The position numbers and the translations under genes were made by a program. DNA of 64,000 nucleotides from Felis catus (taxonomy: Eukaryota): assembly GCF_018350175.1 (NCBI RefSeq), contig NC_058368.1, positions 235,540,001 to 235,604,000 on the forward strand. The letters are read 5' to 3'. The notes below the pieces were generated by a model, which was not told the origin of the DNA, ran no database searches, and worked only from the letters and a program-made list of their open reading frames with translations. Positions 52,383-64,000 of this stretch are shown here, piece by piece. Position 1 is the first letter of the stretch; every line of letters begins with the position of its first letter.

Positions 52383-52485
52383 CCATCCATCCATCCATCC
52401 AGCCAGCCAGCCATCCATCCAGCCATCCATTTAACTATCTGTCTGTCCAGCCACCCACCCATCCACCCCCCTATCCATCCATCCA
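52383..52485. repeat. (CCAT/CCAG)n tetranucleotide repeat
   Basis: Directly visible in the sequence. Confidence 0.9.
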
Positions 52486-52937
52486 ATTGCTCACATGGGC
52501 CAGGAACACTGCTGGGTGCTGGCAGTCCTGAAAGGATTCCCAACAGCCATGAACTTAAATGTGGCTCATCACAGCGAAGGGTCAGCACCTGCTTTTTCAC
52601 CATTCATACAACGTACTCATATGGAAATATAAATTATGATAGAATGAAATGACCTTAAGGTCGTCATCAAGGCAAATATTTTTTTTTTCATAGACGTTGC
52701 ATACTGGATGAAGTCACCAAATGCTTCAACTGCATTTCATTTTACATGTTTTGCTCCAAATTTCTAACAGTTGAAGATACAATTATTCAATGACAAAAAA
52801 ACTGGGATGACTGGATATATCACGTCATTGCCTATTTAAGTTTTCTATTATTTTAGTACAATTTTTAAACTAAAGGCAACCAAACATCTTAGCATCACTG
52901 TAAATCTGGTAACAGCATGTGGAGATACCTCTCTCTC

Positions 52938-53033
52938 TATATATATATAGATATAGATATATATACATATATATCTATATATATATATATACACACATAT
53001 GTAAATAAATATAATACATACATATATATATAT
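52938..53033. repeat. Imperfect (TA)n repeat
   Basis: Directly visible in the sequence. Confidence 0.9.
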
Positions 53034-53077
53034 TTATTTTTATCCTAGTTTAATTTTTGCTTTAAAACTGGTAACTT

Positions 53078-53491
53078 CATTTTTTAAATAAAGAGAGAGA
53101 GAATGTGTATGCTCAAGCAGGGGAGGCACAGAGAGAGCGGGAGGGAGAGAATCCCAAGCAGGCTCCACACTGTCAGTGCAGAGCCCGATGCAGGGCTCAA
53201 ACTCATAAATCATGAGATCATGACCTAGGTCAAGATCCAGAGTTGGATGCTCGGGGCGCCTGGGTGGCTCAGTGGGTTAAACATCCGGCTTCAGCTCAGG
53301 TCATGATCCCACGCTTCGTGGGTTGGAGCCCACGTCGGATTCTGTGCTGACAGCCCAGAGCCTGGAGCCTGCTTCGGATTCTGTGTCTCCCTCTCTCTCT
53401 GCCCCTCCCCTGCTTGCACTCTGTCTCTCTGTCTCCCCCCCCAAAAAAAAAAAAAGTTGGACGCTTAGCCCGCTAAGCCACCCAGGCGCCC
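53078..53491 (-). mobile_element. Can-SINE split by an inserted opposite-strand SINE
   Basis: Outer TSD aaactggtaactt at 53065 and 53495; body at 53078-53251, head at 53455-53491. Confidence 0.92.
53253..53454 (+). mobile_element. Can-SINE nested in another SINE
   Basis: Inner TSD agttgga(t/c)gct at 53241 and 53455. Confidence 0.93.
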
Positions 53492-54569
53492 TGGAAACTG
53501 GTAACTTTTTACATATAATGACAGCATATACCTTATTGGGTATGTCCCTCTATTATCAATTGACCAAAAGGAAACATAGGAATACTGCCTACATTTCTCT
53601 AGCCTGTAAATCTGCAAATGAGGTATTTTTATTTCGTTTTCCTGTAATTTCACAGAAATTATAGAAAAGATAATATGAAACGAACACTGCTTTCACTACT
53701 ATTTTAAAACACTGAATTTACTCGATTGAATGTCTGTAAAACACATGCTGTTTTTCCTTTAAAAAATCAGTCAAACAAGTTCTTCAAGTAGTGAGATGCA
53801 TGTGCAGTAAGATGACTGCCGTCCTCAGACAAAGGAATCAAAATCAGCAAAAGTGACACATGCCTGGAACAAGCGGGGCACGGAGCGTGGTCACGCCAGC
53901 AACAGCGGAGTTCTGAGACTCCAGGAACCTGAGACCAGGGTCGGGGCTCCTGACGCCCCCTGTTGTCCGAAGTGAGCAAGGACGGGCCTCGCCTTGTTAC
54001 AGTCTGGCCTCGGGCCTGTGGACGATGACGCCCCGATCTCTCCTTCGGGAGGGATTTACACGGACATGGACGCTGCAAGAACACACGAGGCCCTGAGCGC
54101 CAACTTGTTCCCATATAATAAGGCCCGAAATACGACTTTCAAGCCTACTGAAGACGCGGCTGCCTCTCCCACCAGGCAAACAGCGCAAGAGATCTGATTT
54201 GAACCCGATGAGCGGATAGGGAAGGAATGGGTGCCGTGCACTGGGTCCAGCGTCCCCAGCCCCACCCGGGAATATTCCAGCTCTCAGGCCTGCCGAGTTC
54301 TGGTCCTTACGGTCGGTCCAGTCTTTCCGTAGACAGGGCTGCGGTGTCCCTGCTGTTTCGGCTTTGGGGCCTCCGTGTCTTCCCGCCTCCGGACCAGTGT
54401 CTGTGCGATGATTTCTGCAAAGCGCCAGGACCATTTTGCCACCAAAAAAATCACTCACTCATCGAATCCAGTTTTGAGGGCTTTACTGTATGTCAGACAC
54501 TATTGACAAGGCTGAGGATAAACCAGGCAGAAGTCAGACACGAACCCCTGCTACCCTCTCAACATTTAG

Positions 54570-55226
54570 CATAGTGGCCAGCTTGCTTAGCGTGAAGACA
54601 TCATTCTTAGCTCCCAGCCCCCCTTTTAAACTGTACTGTGTGGTGCTGACGCCAGAACTCTGCAAATCCCACTTCTGCTCTGCCACCTGCTCACTCTTCA
54701 TCGCTGTCACAGCCCATTCGGTGAGGGGTTGGACAGACTGAAGAACGTGGAAGAACTTGTTCCTTCCTGTCTGTCCCCTGTGGACTTCCTGTCTTCCCCT
54801 TGTGGACTTCCTGTCTGCCCCCTGCGGACTTCCTGTCTGCCCCTTGCGACTTCCTCTTCGCCCCCTGTGGACTTCCTGTCTGCTTCCTGTTCCTGTCAGC
54901 GTTGCTCCACCTGGCAGTGACAGTCTGTTCTAGTTTAGGGTTTACCTGAAGAACCAGCAACATGCCCCCTCAGAGTCCAGCACCGGCTGGCCAGCGCCTC
55001 CTGCTTGGGGGTCTGAGCCTCCCTGAGGCATCTAAATCGTGATAACCACAACTCCTTCACTGGGTTCCCTCAGCCGCAGGGGCAGTACCTGTTAACTGCA
55101 TTTTCCATCTTGCAAAGCTTTAGTATTCTCTTTTTAATGTTTCAGCTAATACCTTCATGCTCGGCATTAATTCTCTCTTACCAAGCTGTGCGGTTTCCGG
55201 GTCCTAACTGGACTATGACTGATACA
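54570..55226 (+). mobile_element. LTR33-like ERVL solo LTR remnant
   Basis: aactctgcaaatcccacttctgctctgccacctgctc, cttcctgttcctgtcagc, gccccctcagag and terminal ...ctggactatgactgataCA resemble LTR33 as I recall it. Confidence 0.65.
54762..54897. repeat. 22-bp minisatellite (about 5.5 copies), unit about ACTTCCTGTCTGCCCCCTGTGG
   Basis: Units start at 54762, 54784, 54806, 54828, 54849 and 54871. Confidence 0.93.
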
Positions 55227-56268
55227 GGTACAATAAAGACCAAGAAAAAGACAGCAGGGAAGAGGGTGGGAAGTAGGTTTGGAGGGGGAAGAGTGGGCGA
55301 TTTTAGATGTGTGGGTCAGGGAAAGTGACATTCAAGAAGAAAACAGCCATCCTGCTCTGCTTGAACCTCAGGCAATCAGGACCCTGCTTTAAAAGGCACG
55401 GTTTCCTCCGGTCCCTTCTTTTAATCTCTAGACTGGGCTGGACGTTCTCTTGAATAGCCACTGCCTAATAAGCAGGCTTCAGGGATTCTTGTCCTTCAGA
55501 GAATCCCAGACTTGGATCATCCCCCAGAGGAAATGACCGCGGGGTCACATTCCTGCTCCCCCAAAGAGACCCATTTGGCTGTCTCAGGCCAATCTTGCCC
55601 GTGAAGAACATGCTGGTCACACTGGTTGTAGAGATGAGCACCTGATGATGATCCTTCCAGCAAATATTCTACCGACCATGATGAGTCCCTCTGAGCGTCG
55701 TCCTTGGTGGTGGCGGGAGAAGCATCTGCCTTCTAACAAGGGACACTGGGAATACCCCACCCCAACCGGAAGGGAAGCTGGCCGTCTCTCCTCTCCCCCA
55801 CTGCTACCTGGCCCAGATCCCCAGACCGAAGACACATTTATTTTATTTTTAGAATCTCTGGCTCATATTCCAGCACTTAAACGCTTTCTGTTGGTTCCTC
55901 GGTATATGAAAAAGTAATAGCATCCGGTGTGTTCGGTGAACACACCCCTGGACAGAGAATCTGAAGGCGCACATCCAACACCTGTCTAAACTCGGCTGGC
56001 TCTGTGATATCGGCCGCGTCACTGCACCGCGCTGAAGCTCAGGTTCGTCATCTGAGAAATAAGGGAAGGGGAAGAAACCTCTAGGTTTTGTCATTACATT
56101 TCTCTAGGCACGTCATGTCTGTTCACAGCGAATGGGAAGCTAACAGAAAAATCGCTGGCCACCTCAAGCATAAAAGATCATCTTACAAACCGGTAACCTG
56201 GATCTATTTTTGGTGATGAACCACATTCATGTCTGTCAATTTCAAAATTCTTAACTACATTCATTCTT

Positions 56269-56483
56269 TTTTTTTTTTTTTTTTTAACGTTTATTTATTT
56301 TTGGGACAGAGAGAGAGCATGAACGGGCGAGGGGCAGAGAGAGAGGGAGACACAGAATCGGAAACAGGCTCCAGGCTCTGAGCCATCAGCCCAGAGCCCG
56401 ACGCGGGGCTCGAACTCACGGATGGCGAGATCGTGACCTGGCTGAAGTCGGACGCTTAACCGACTGCGCCACCCAGGCGCCCC
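56269..56483 (-). mobile_element. Young felid SINE (SINEC_Fc-type)
   Basis: Pure T-tail; perfect TSD ttaactacattcattctt. Confidence 0.95.
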
Positions 56484-56974
56484 TTAACTACATTCATTCT
56501 TAAGGAATCGGCAGAAACAGAATTATCCGGCCTGCTCTTTGGTTCCCCACACCCATGTTTACATTTCCTAACAGCTACCAACTTTGGCCTTACTTCCTCT
56601 AAAAAAAGTACATTCTCTACAACGTTATTACCTGCCTCCCAAGCCTGACATATTCTCAACCTGGTCGTGCCACCACTGGCCTTCTCAGATTGCGGCACAA
56701 CTCTTAAAAACTCAGATTGTCTCTTCTGACTGGCTCTGTTGTTGTTTCTTCCCTCCACTCCCGCTTTATTTTACTGGCTCCAGAACATTTCTCAAAGTCA
56801 GTTAAAAGTCTGGCAATATTTCAGACAGTTTCCGAGGATTTATTGGGTGCTACAGGAAAACTCTCTATGACTAGGATTTCCAGAGAATCCCCGGAGTCTG
56901 AGGTTGGGAATAAAACCTAGGACTGCTCCGACCAGCGCACCGAGTAAGTCTCCAACCAGGTGAAGGGATTCTTC

Positions 56975-57175
56975 TTTCTTTTAATGTTTATTTATTTTGG
57001 GGGGGGGGAGAACAAGCATGAGCTGGGGAGTGGCAGAGAGAGAGGGAGACAGAGGACCCCAAGCAGGCTCTACACCGACAGCAGAGAGCCCAAAGCGGGA
57101 CTCAAACTCATGAACCCTGAGATCATGACCTGAGCCAAAGTCGGATGCTTAACCAACTGGGCTACCCAGGCACCA
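56975..57175 (-). mobile_element. Can-SINE
   Basis: Reverse-complement SINE; flanking gtgaagg(g/a)attctt is repeated. Confidence 0.9.
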
Positions 57176-57742
57176 CCACCCCTGCCCCCACCCCCACCAT
57201 GTGAAGGAATTCTTAAGCACACTGGGAACTGTGGGATTTACCGGTTTTCCAAAATTGCCTGAAACAAGAGACTAGATTTTAGGAGAAGGGGTATGTATCC
57301 TATGCATTAAAAGCTTTAACAAACACAATGATTTACATAAGAAGGGCTAAATTTCACACAGATTTTGTGCCAAAGGCAGTAGACAGACTTTTTTTTGGGG
57401 GGGGGGGGGCGGCGCTAAGGTGACAATCTAAGTACAGAACTTGCATGAAATACTTTAAGAAAATCTAATCCCATCATATGCCACAAAATCCTTATCTACA
57501 GAAGCCTCATTAACAGTATTGACTAATGGGAGTTTTTAAACATCGTTTTGTCAGAAACCTTACCGAATAAATCCTTTCTGAATAAACTATATGCCCCGGC
57601 AGAAAATTTAGGGTCTTCAGCAGTCACGGAAAGAAATCAGATGACACGAATTTTAAAACGAATTGTATAGTTATTTATACCTCAAAACAAAAGTTGGGTA
57701 AATATAATATTTTTATCTGTAAATGTGACATACGATCACTCA

Positions 57743-57926
57743 GGGGCACCTGGGTGGCTCAGTCGGTTGAGCGTCCGACTTTGGCTCAGGTCACGATCTC
57801 ATGCTTTGTGGGTTCAAGCCCCGCGTCGGGCTCTGTGCTGACAGCTCAGAGCCCGGGGCCTGCTTCAGATTCTGTGTCTCCCTCTCTCTCTGCCCCTCCC
57901 CCACCCACACCCTGTCTCTCTCTGTC
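57743..57926 (+). mobile_element. Can-SINE lacking the poly(A) tail
   Basis: Intact head and body, ending abruptly after tctctctgtc. Confidence 0.9.
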
Positions 57927-58181
57927 CTGGCGATCCCAGGAAGCAAGAGTGCACTATTGTCTGAAGAGCTGGCTCTCAAGTCAGGCTTCCTGGATGCCAA
58001 GCCCACTCTTTTAAGAATGACCATGGGAGTCGTCTGTAACAGGGGGACAGTAGAGTGGCCTTGGGCAATGATCTGTAAAATGGGTCGATGACAGCAGCTA
58101 GTGGAGACTGACTTCCAGAACGGAAGTGTACGGGGTGGGGCAGATCTGCTCTCCAGTGAAATGATCATTTAACTGCTAGAA

Positions 58182-58183
<2 letters not shown>

Positions 58184-58221
<38 letters not shown>
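58184..58221. repeat. (CA)n microsatellite
   Basis: About 18 units. Confidence 0.95.
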
Positions 58222-58222
<1 letters not shown>

Positions 58223-59564
58223 GAACCATTAAAAGTCTCTGTAAATTGTCCTCAGGGCTTCAAACGGGGAGACACATCTACGGACTCTAATTTCATAAAT
58301 CTTGGAAAGAATGGTGAAAATTTGGTGGCTTTTGGGCCGTGGGCCAGTCACAGCCTCACCCTGCCCCCAGTCGGTGGGACAGAGCTCCCAAGAAGACAAG
58401 GGCCTCCCGTTCCCCCGACTCCCATTCTAGAGCTACACTTCCAGGTAAGCGGCCTGCTTACCAGGCCTCCTGCCCCTCTGCTCCCCCTACCACAACATTT
58501 GTGCTCCGGGCAGGCACAGCCACGAGAACCGATCTGCCTTCTACAAGCGGCCACAACTCTCAGGACAGAAGCTCCTCTCCGGACTCAGCAGGCTGAGGAT
58601 AAGGGAACCCTGGCCGTCCCCATACCAGCTCATCTGCAAGGTACAGCTGCAGGCCGGGAAGCAGACAGAGGGGACTGGGTACCCACAGCCTCATCCAGAG
58701 CCCCACTCTTAGGGTAGGGGTGCCTGGCACTCAGGTAGAAGTAGACACTGCCGGCCCCCATTCCACGCGGGGGCACATGTGTCCTACCCAGGAGGAGCGG
58801 CAGCTTTAAGAAAGGGGGCTCACCTCAAGGGGCTCATTTTCTTTTTTTTTTTTTATCACTACCACTCTGGAGCGCAAATTGCTTCACAGTCTGATTTGAT
58901 TAAAGAGCAGTTTTGCAAGAGCTTGTCTGGAACCCTCCAAAGGAGCTCTACGTTAGTCGAGTCAGACCGCCGAGCAATTTATGCCCCAGGGCGTCGTAAA
59001 ACATAAACACACACACACACACACCCCCCAACAACACAATCCGCTAGCAGTTAGCGCAGGTGAGCGGGTGGGGTGCCACCAACGGCCGCAGAGCAGCACG
59101 CCGGGCTCTCTGGAAGATGGTGCACGAGCTCCAGGTGGCACTCGTGAGAAGCGACATCGGAGGCTGCACGGAAGCAGTCCTGCCAAGTCACGAAACCGAC
59201 AGGAGGAAAAGAAACAGCAGCAGGAAGCCTTGGACGGCAGACCGTGGGTAGGGTCCAGGGTCGCCACCCTTCTCCGTGAGGCTCGGTTTTTTGCAGAAAA
59301 CGATGAGACACGCAAAGAAGCAGAAAAGTGTGGCCTTGAACGTGAAAAGAGACAGGCACGGAAACTGCTTTGAGGGGTCCCCGATGCTGGGCTTAGGAGA
59401 CCCGTGCTTCAAAGCAACTGTTGTAAACACGTTCATGGAACCAAAGGGAACGACGTCTGAAGAATTAAAGCAAGGCCTGGCGACAAAGGTGTAAAATACA
59501 GACTAAGAGAAATTATTAAAATAACCAAATGGGAATTCTTTGGTTTAAAAAGTACAATATCCCA

Positions 59565-59776
59565 GGGGTGCCTGGGTGGCTCATTCAGTTAGGCGTCTCA
59601 CTCCAGATTTAGGCTCAGGGCATGATCCCAGGGTCGTGGGAGGGAGCCCCACATCGGGCTCTGCATATCCTGAGCGTGGAGCCTGCTTAAGATTCTCTCT
59701 CTCCCTCCCTCCCTCTCTCTCTTTCTCTCTCGCACTCACATTCTCTCTCTCTCTTTCAAAAAACCAAAACCAAAAA
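59565..59776 (+). mobile_element. Older Can-SINE
   Basis: ggggtgcctgggtggctca..., CT tract and (A4C2)-type tail. Confidence 0.9.
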
Positions 59777-60066
59777 CACTACTGTATCACAAAGGAAACT
59801 TTACTATAGAAACTGAGTAGTGGATTTGAACTTCCAGCAGAGAATCAGTGCATTTGAAGACAGATCGATAAAGATTGTGGAAGATGAAGGGCTCAGAGGA
59901 AAAAGCAAATGAAGGAAAATTAATGGGGCCTCAGAGAAATGCAGTACACCATGGAACACACCAACATACGCATAATGGGAGCCCCACAAGGTGAGGACAA
60001 AGATGGCCGCACGCGCACACATCACAGTAAAAATGTAGAAAGACAAAGACCGAAAGAAAATCGGGA

Positions 60067-60285
60067 GGGGCGCCTGGGTGGCTCAGTCGGTTGAGCATCC
60101 GACTTCGGCTCAGGTCATGATCTCGTGGCTTAGGGGTTCGAGCCCCGCATCGGGCTGTGTGCTGACAGCTCAGAGCCTGCCTAGAGCCTGCTTCTGATTC
60201 TGTGTCTCCCTCTCTCTCTCTCTCTCTCTCTCTCCTCCCGTCTCTCTCTCTCTCAAAAATAAATAAACATTAAAAAAATTTTTAA
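60067..60285 (+). mobile_element. Can-SINE
   Basis: TSD aaagaaaatcggga. Confidence 0.95.
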
Positions 60286-60484
60286 AAAGAAAATCGGGAA
60301 ATAGCCACAAAATCAAACAATAAAACTGCGATGAAATAAACAGACTTCTCTTGAGAAACAACAGGGGGCGAGAGGCAGAATGACATCTTCAAAGTGCCGG
60401 AAGGAAAACACAGTAACTAAGCCGTAACAAGAATAACAACAACCAAGACTGTCAACCGATGCTCTCTATCCAGCCGCTCGACGC

Positions 60485-61400
60485 CACAGTGGGATACCCC
60501 ATGGTCGTCAAGAGAGCTATAATCGAGAAGATGGACACGTGGGGGCCAGAATGTGGAGAAATCGGAAACCTCATACGATGCTAGGGGGATGCAAGGTGGG
60601 AGAGCTACTGTGGAAAACAGTTTGGAATTTCCTCAAAATGTTAAACGCAGGATTCCCATAGGACGCAGCAGTTACGTGCCTAGGTATAAACCCAAGAGAA
60701 AAGAAACGTACGGCCACACAAGAATCAGGACACGGATAGCAGTGTTATTCACGATGGCCAGAAAGAGCAGAGACAATAATATCCATCAACTGCTGAGCGG
60801 ATAAAAAATGTGGTATATGTGTACACGGGATTATTATTTAGCCATTAAAAATAACGCACTGGGGCGCCTGGGTGGCTCGGGCGGTTAAGTGTCCGACACT
60901 TGGTTCAGCTCACGTCACGATCTCATGGTTTGTGAATTCAAGCCCCGCGTCCGGCTCCTTGCGGACAGCGTGGAGCCTGCTTGGGATTCTCTCTCCCCCT
61001 CTCTCGGCCCCTCCCTGCTTGTGCTTTCTCTTTCAAAATAAGTAAACGTTTAAAAAAATAATGAGGTTCTGATGCAGGTTACAACATGGACGAAACGTGA
61101 ACACGTTATGCTAAGGAAAAGAAGCCGGTCACAAAAGACCATATGATGTATGCTTCCCTCTACAGGAAATCGCCAGATGAGGTAAAGAAATCTATAGAGA
61201 CTGAGTGTAAGATTCGTGGGCCCGGGACTGATGGGGCCTGGGGAAATGGCAACTGTCAGGGGTTTCCTTCTGAGGGGATGCAGAGTCTCAGATTAGGTGG
61301 TAGTGATCTGGAAACCTACTACAAACCCCTGAATTACACATTTCCAAGGGGGGGAACGATGTGTAAACTACATGTCAATAAAGCCGTTTTTTTTAAAAAA
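60485..61400 (+). mobile_element. L1 (L1MB-like) 3' end, interrupted by a SINE
   Basis: gtggagaaatcggaaacctcatac...gctactgtggaaaacagtttgg...atatccatcaactgctgagcggataaaaaatgtgg...gaagccggtcacaaaagacc...caataaagccgtt. Confidence 0.8.
60861..61058 (+). mobile_element. Can-SINE
   Basis: Head, body and tail, inserted within L1. Confidence 0.93.
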
Positions 61401-61409
61401 AATCGTACT

Positions 61410-61622
61410 GGGGTGCCTGGGTGGCTGAGTCAGATAATCATCCCACTCTTGATTTCAGCTCACGATCTCACAGTTCTGGAGATCGAGCCCCACATGGGGC
61501 TCTGTGCTGACAGTGCGGAGCCTGCTTGGGATTCTTTCTCCTTATCTCTCTGCTCCTCCCCCACACGTGCGCTCGTTCTCTCTCAAAATAAATAAATAAG
61601 CACTTAAAAATAAAATAAAATA
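61410..61622 (+). mobile_element. Can-SINE
   Basis: Head, body and (AAAT)n tail. Confidence 0.93.
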
Positions 61623-64000
61623 ACCTGGTGCAGTGAGATAAGAAATATTTTGAGTCAAGACGCTTGGTGGGAGTACCGGGACAACTTTAGAGGTCTTTTT
61701 AGGGTTTACAGATGGGGCAGCCGAGAACTTCATGATGGTAAACGATGTTAGGAGTCTTCCCCGGGGCAGCCTGTGACTCCTCCATCGGGCATCACGCCCG
61801 AGTCTCCTATGAAGATTCGGCTTGAACAAACTACTCCAGGAACCTAGGCTGAATCTGCCACCTCCCAGATGCACCCTCTCTGCATCTCCTGGCGCCTGTA
61901 TTTTCCCTCCCGTCATCACTGCGGTGACATCACCTGTGTCCTGGCTCTCTCATCAGACAACCGGCAACTCGTGCCCGGCTCTGGAAGGCTCCAGGGCCGC
62001 CCCGTTCTGAAGCTCATTCGCGTCTCCCAAGATCCTTGGGAAAACAGTCATTTTAGTCTTGCAAGAACAGTTGCTTACTAGAAATAGGACCACACCATCA
62101 GCTACTCACTTTGACAGTGTTCCTCAGACCCGTTTACCGAACAACGACAGCCAAGGGCTCCCACACTCAAACTCCGACAACCTGGGGAGAAAACTGTTTA
62201 TCGGTTTGCAGAGTGCACCGTCTCACAATTGTCAACCAAGTTCTCCAGTTGAAGACGTTAAACTCTTAGTTAAGTGATATAGTTTAACTTCAAGGTAACA
62301 GTCTCACACTGTAGGGAGAACCAGGAGAACGGAGTAGGGGTGATTTCTCCACCACCAGGGATCTTGTTTGCATCATGCTCTCCATTAGAGTCTGCAAAGG
62401 GGTGTGAGGGACAACGGGCAAACAAAAGAGAATTCTACAGGCAGCTGCCTGCCACTCAATAGGTGGGTCAACCAGAAACACTGGGAAAAAAAAAAAAAAA
62501 GCTTAACTGAGAACTACCTGGAACTTTAATTAGATCCTCCCCCCCACCCAATAAAAGAAGCCCTCATCTAATGTAACACCATTTTTCTTCATACCTCAAG
62601 AGATCTGAATGAGAGATGGGGTAGCGATCCATCAGGAGAGAAATAACGGACTTGGCACCCAGTTCAGGGACGTTCCCATTCAATATTTTTTCTTATCTGG
62701 CTAACGACAGAGGACTTCTTATCCTCCCTTTTTCTTCTTTAAAATGCCTTTGATTTGTCATATGGCAAATGCCCCTGCCCCTCACACTCATAAGTCTAGT
62801 CGAGGTCATGTTCGTAATGATCCTCTACAGACAAAATATCAGCGAAGCTGGATTTAATGGGTTTGGAAGATGAACGGTGAAGGCATACACATTCCTATTC
62901 CAGTGACCGAAATATTAAATTCCAGTGTTCGTTATCCAGAGGAGTCTTGTTTAAGTCTGCACCCCTGCCGGGGTCATGGGAAGCACCTCGCCCAAGCTCC
63001 GCAAACAAATCCAAGGATATGAGTTCCGAAGGCACGGCGCGCCTCCCTTCCACACAGATGGCTTCCATTCCAGGTCTGAGCTTTCGTTAAAAAAGCCAAG
63101 GAGATCTCTTCCTTTAATGCATCATATGAAGAGTTCTAGCCCTTTAATTAAGGGAGATCTGTTTTTCTTGGGAGAACATGGAAGAAATCACCCACACCGT
63201 CTTCAATCATAAAAATTATGCCAAATAACCGCCAAATCCTTGGCAAATCCCGGCTGTGATCACTCTCAAACCAGAAGCCCTTCACAAATTAGGGTAGACA
63301 CGGGATCAACCCATTTCCCATTCCCCTGAAAAGCAAGTGTTAATATTGTTTGGCAATTTTTAACGGGATTTAGCATTTGCACATGTGTAGTATTTGAAGG
63401 GATTCAAATACTTGGGCATCCGATACTCGCACTCCCATACACAAAACCCTTCTAAGATGCAGTCTGAATTCCCTCTTTCCAAAGGGAGAAAGAAGCTTAA
63501 GACAGATGTAAAACATTTTCTGGAAATGTAATAAATGTTCAAAATGTGGTCAAGACCTTAAAACGTGACCACACATCTTCACTCAGCTACCTAAGACGCA
63601 TCTCACTCATCTGTGTCTGACAGATTAATGTACTCAAGACTCTAAGTATCTACTAAGCGTGTCTTGCTTTAAAATATGGAAATATTTCAAGAAAGTTAAA
63701 TGACGAGGCATTAAGATTTTGGCTTGGATCAGCCTGAGGGATGCCGGTATCTTCTCAACTTGGCTGGATACTCCTTAATGAAGGGACCAGCGAAGGGGAC
63801 CCCCAGAGGCATTTAAGTGATGTTCGATGTCTAAGTCCGATAGAGTAAAACCTTGGCTTGTGAGCAGAATTCGTTCCAGAAACGTGCTTGTAATCCAAAG
63901 CTCTCATACATCCAAGAGAATTTCCCCATAAGAAATAATGGAGGCTCAGATGACTCCACAACCCAGAAAACATTCATATAAAGTGATTATAATCCTGTAA

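Larger units (their letters stand above)
58110..60475 (+). mobile_element. Ancient L1M 5' region and ORF1 remnants, interrupted by SINEs
   Basis: ORF1-like phrases agaatcagtgcatttgaagacagatcgata, gcctcagagaaatgcag..., accaacatacgcataatgggagcccca and gacatcttcaaagtgccggaagga. The 5' boundary is uncertain. Confidence 0.55.
1..64000 (-). other. ADAMTS16: Window lies within the ADAMTS16 transcription unit (part of the long intron upstream of exon 4 through part of the intron after exon 9)
   Basis: The six exons are collinear on the minus strand and frame-compatible (259+200+84+160+106+138 nt). I found no start or terminal exon and neither neighbouring exon in the window. Confidence 0.85.

Noticed and set aside
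58962..59494. ORF cluster with a charged 130-aa peptide
   Set aside because: It lies in what appears to be decayed L1 5'/ORF1 sequence plus a CA repeat, with no coherent gene structure.
7077..61622. Dispersed repeats with tRNA-like A and B boxes as tRNA genes or a CRISPR-like array
   Set aside because: They are tRNA-derived Can-SINE heads followed by (CT)n and A-tails with TSDs, irregularly spaced. No repeat-spacer array or prokaryotic gene is visible in the window.

Overview
This is eukaryotic genomic DNA from a carnivore, most likely a felid, judged from about 36 Can-SINE copies that include young SINEC_Fc-type elements. The whole window lies inside one minus-strand gene, ADAMTS16 (a secreted zinc metalloprotease). 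Six internal coding exons are present: 25971-25713, 22631-22432, 20865-20782, 18078-17919, 16842-16737 and 9112-8975. These correspond to exons 4-9 by my recollection of the human gene structure. All have canonical AG/GT boundaries and splice into one open frame of 947 nt. That frame covers the late prodomain, the furin site RHKR, the zinc motif HESGHNFGMVH and the Met-turn. I found neither the preceding nor the following exon in the window. The rest is intron containing SINEs (many with TSDs), decayed L1, two ERVL-type LTR remnants, a hAT MITE, MIR/L2 traces, microsatellites and minisatellites. Almost all entries in the ORF track are spurious. I did not find a new biological system. The best leads are modest regulatory or splicing hypotheses: an ETS-motif tandem array expanded inside an old LTR, inverted young SINEs around the in-frame exon 6, and a tandem +4 splice donor at exon 4. 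Repeat subfamily names and human comparisons come from memory, not from a database search.
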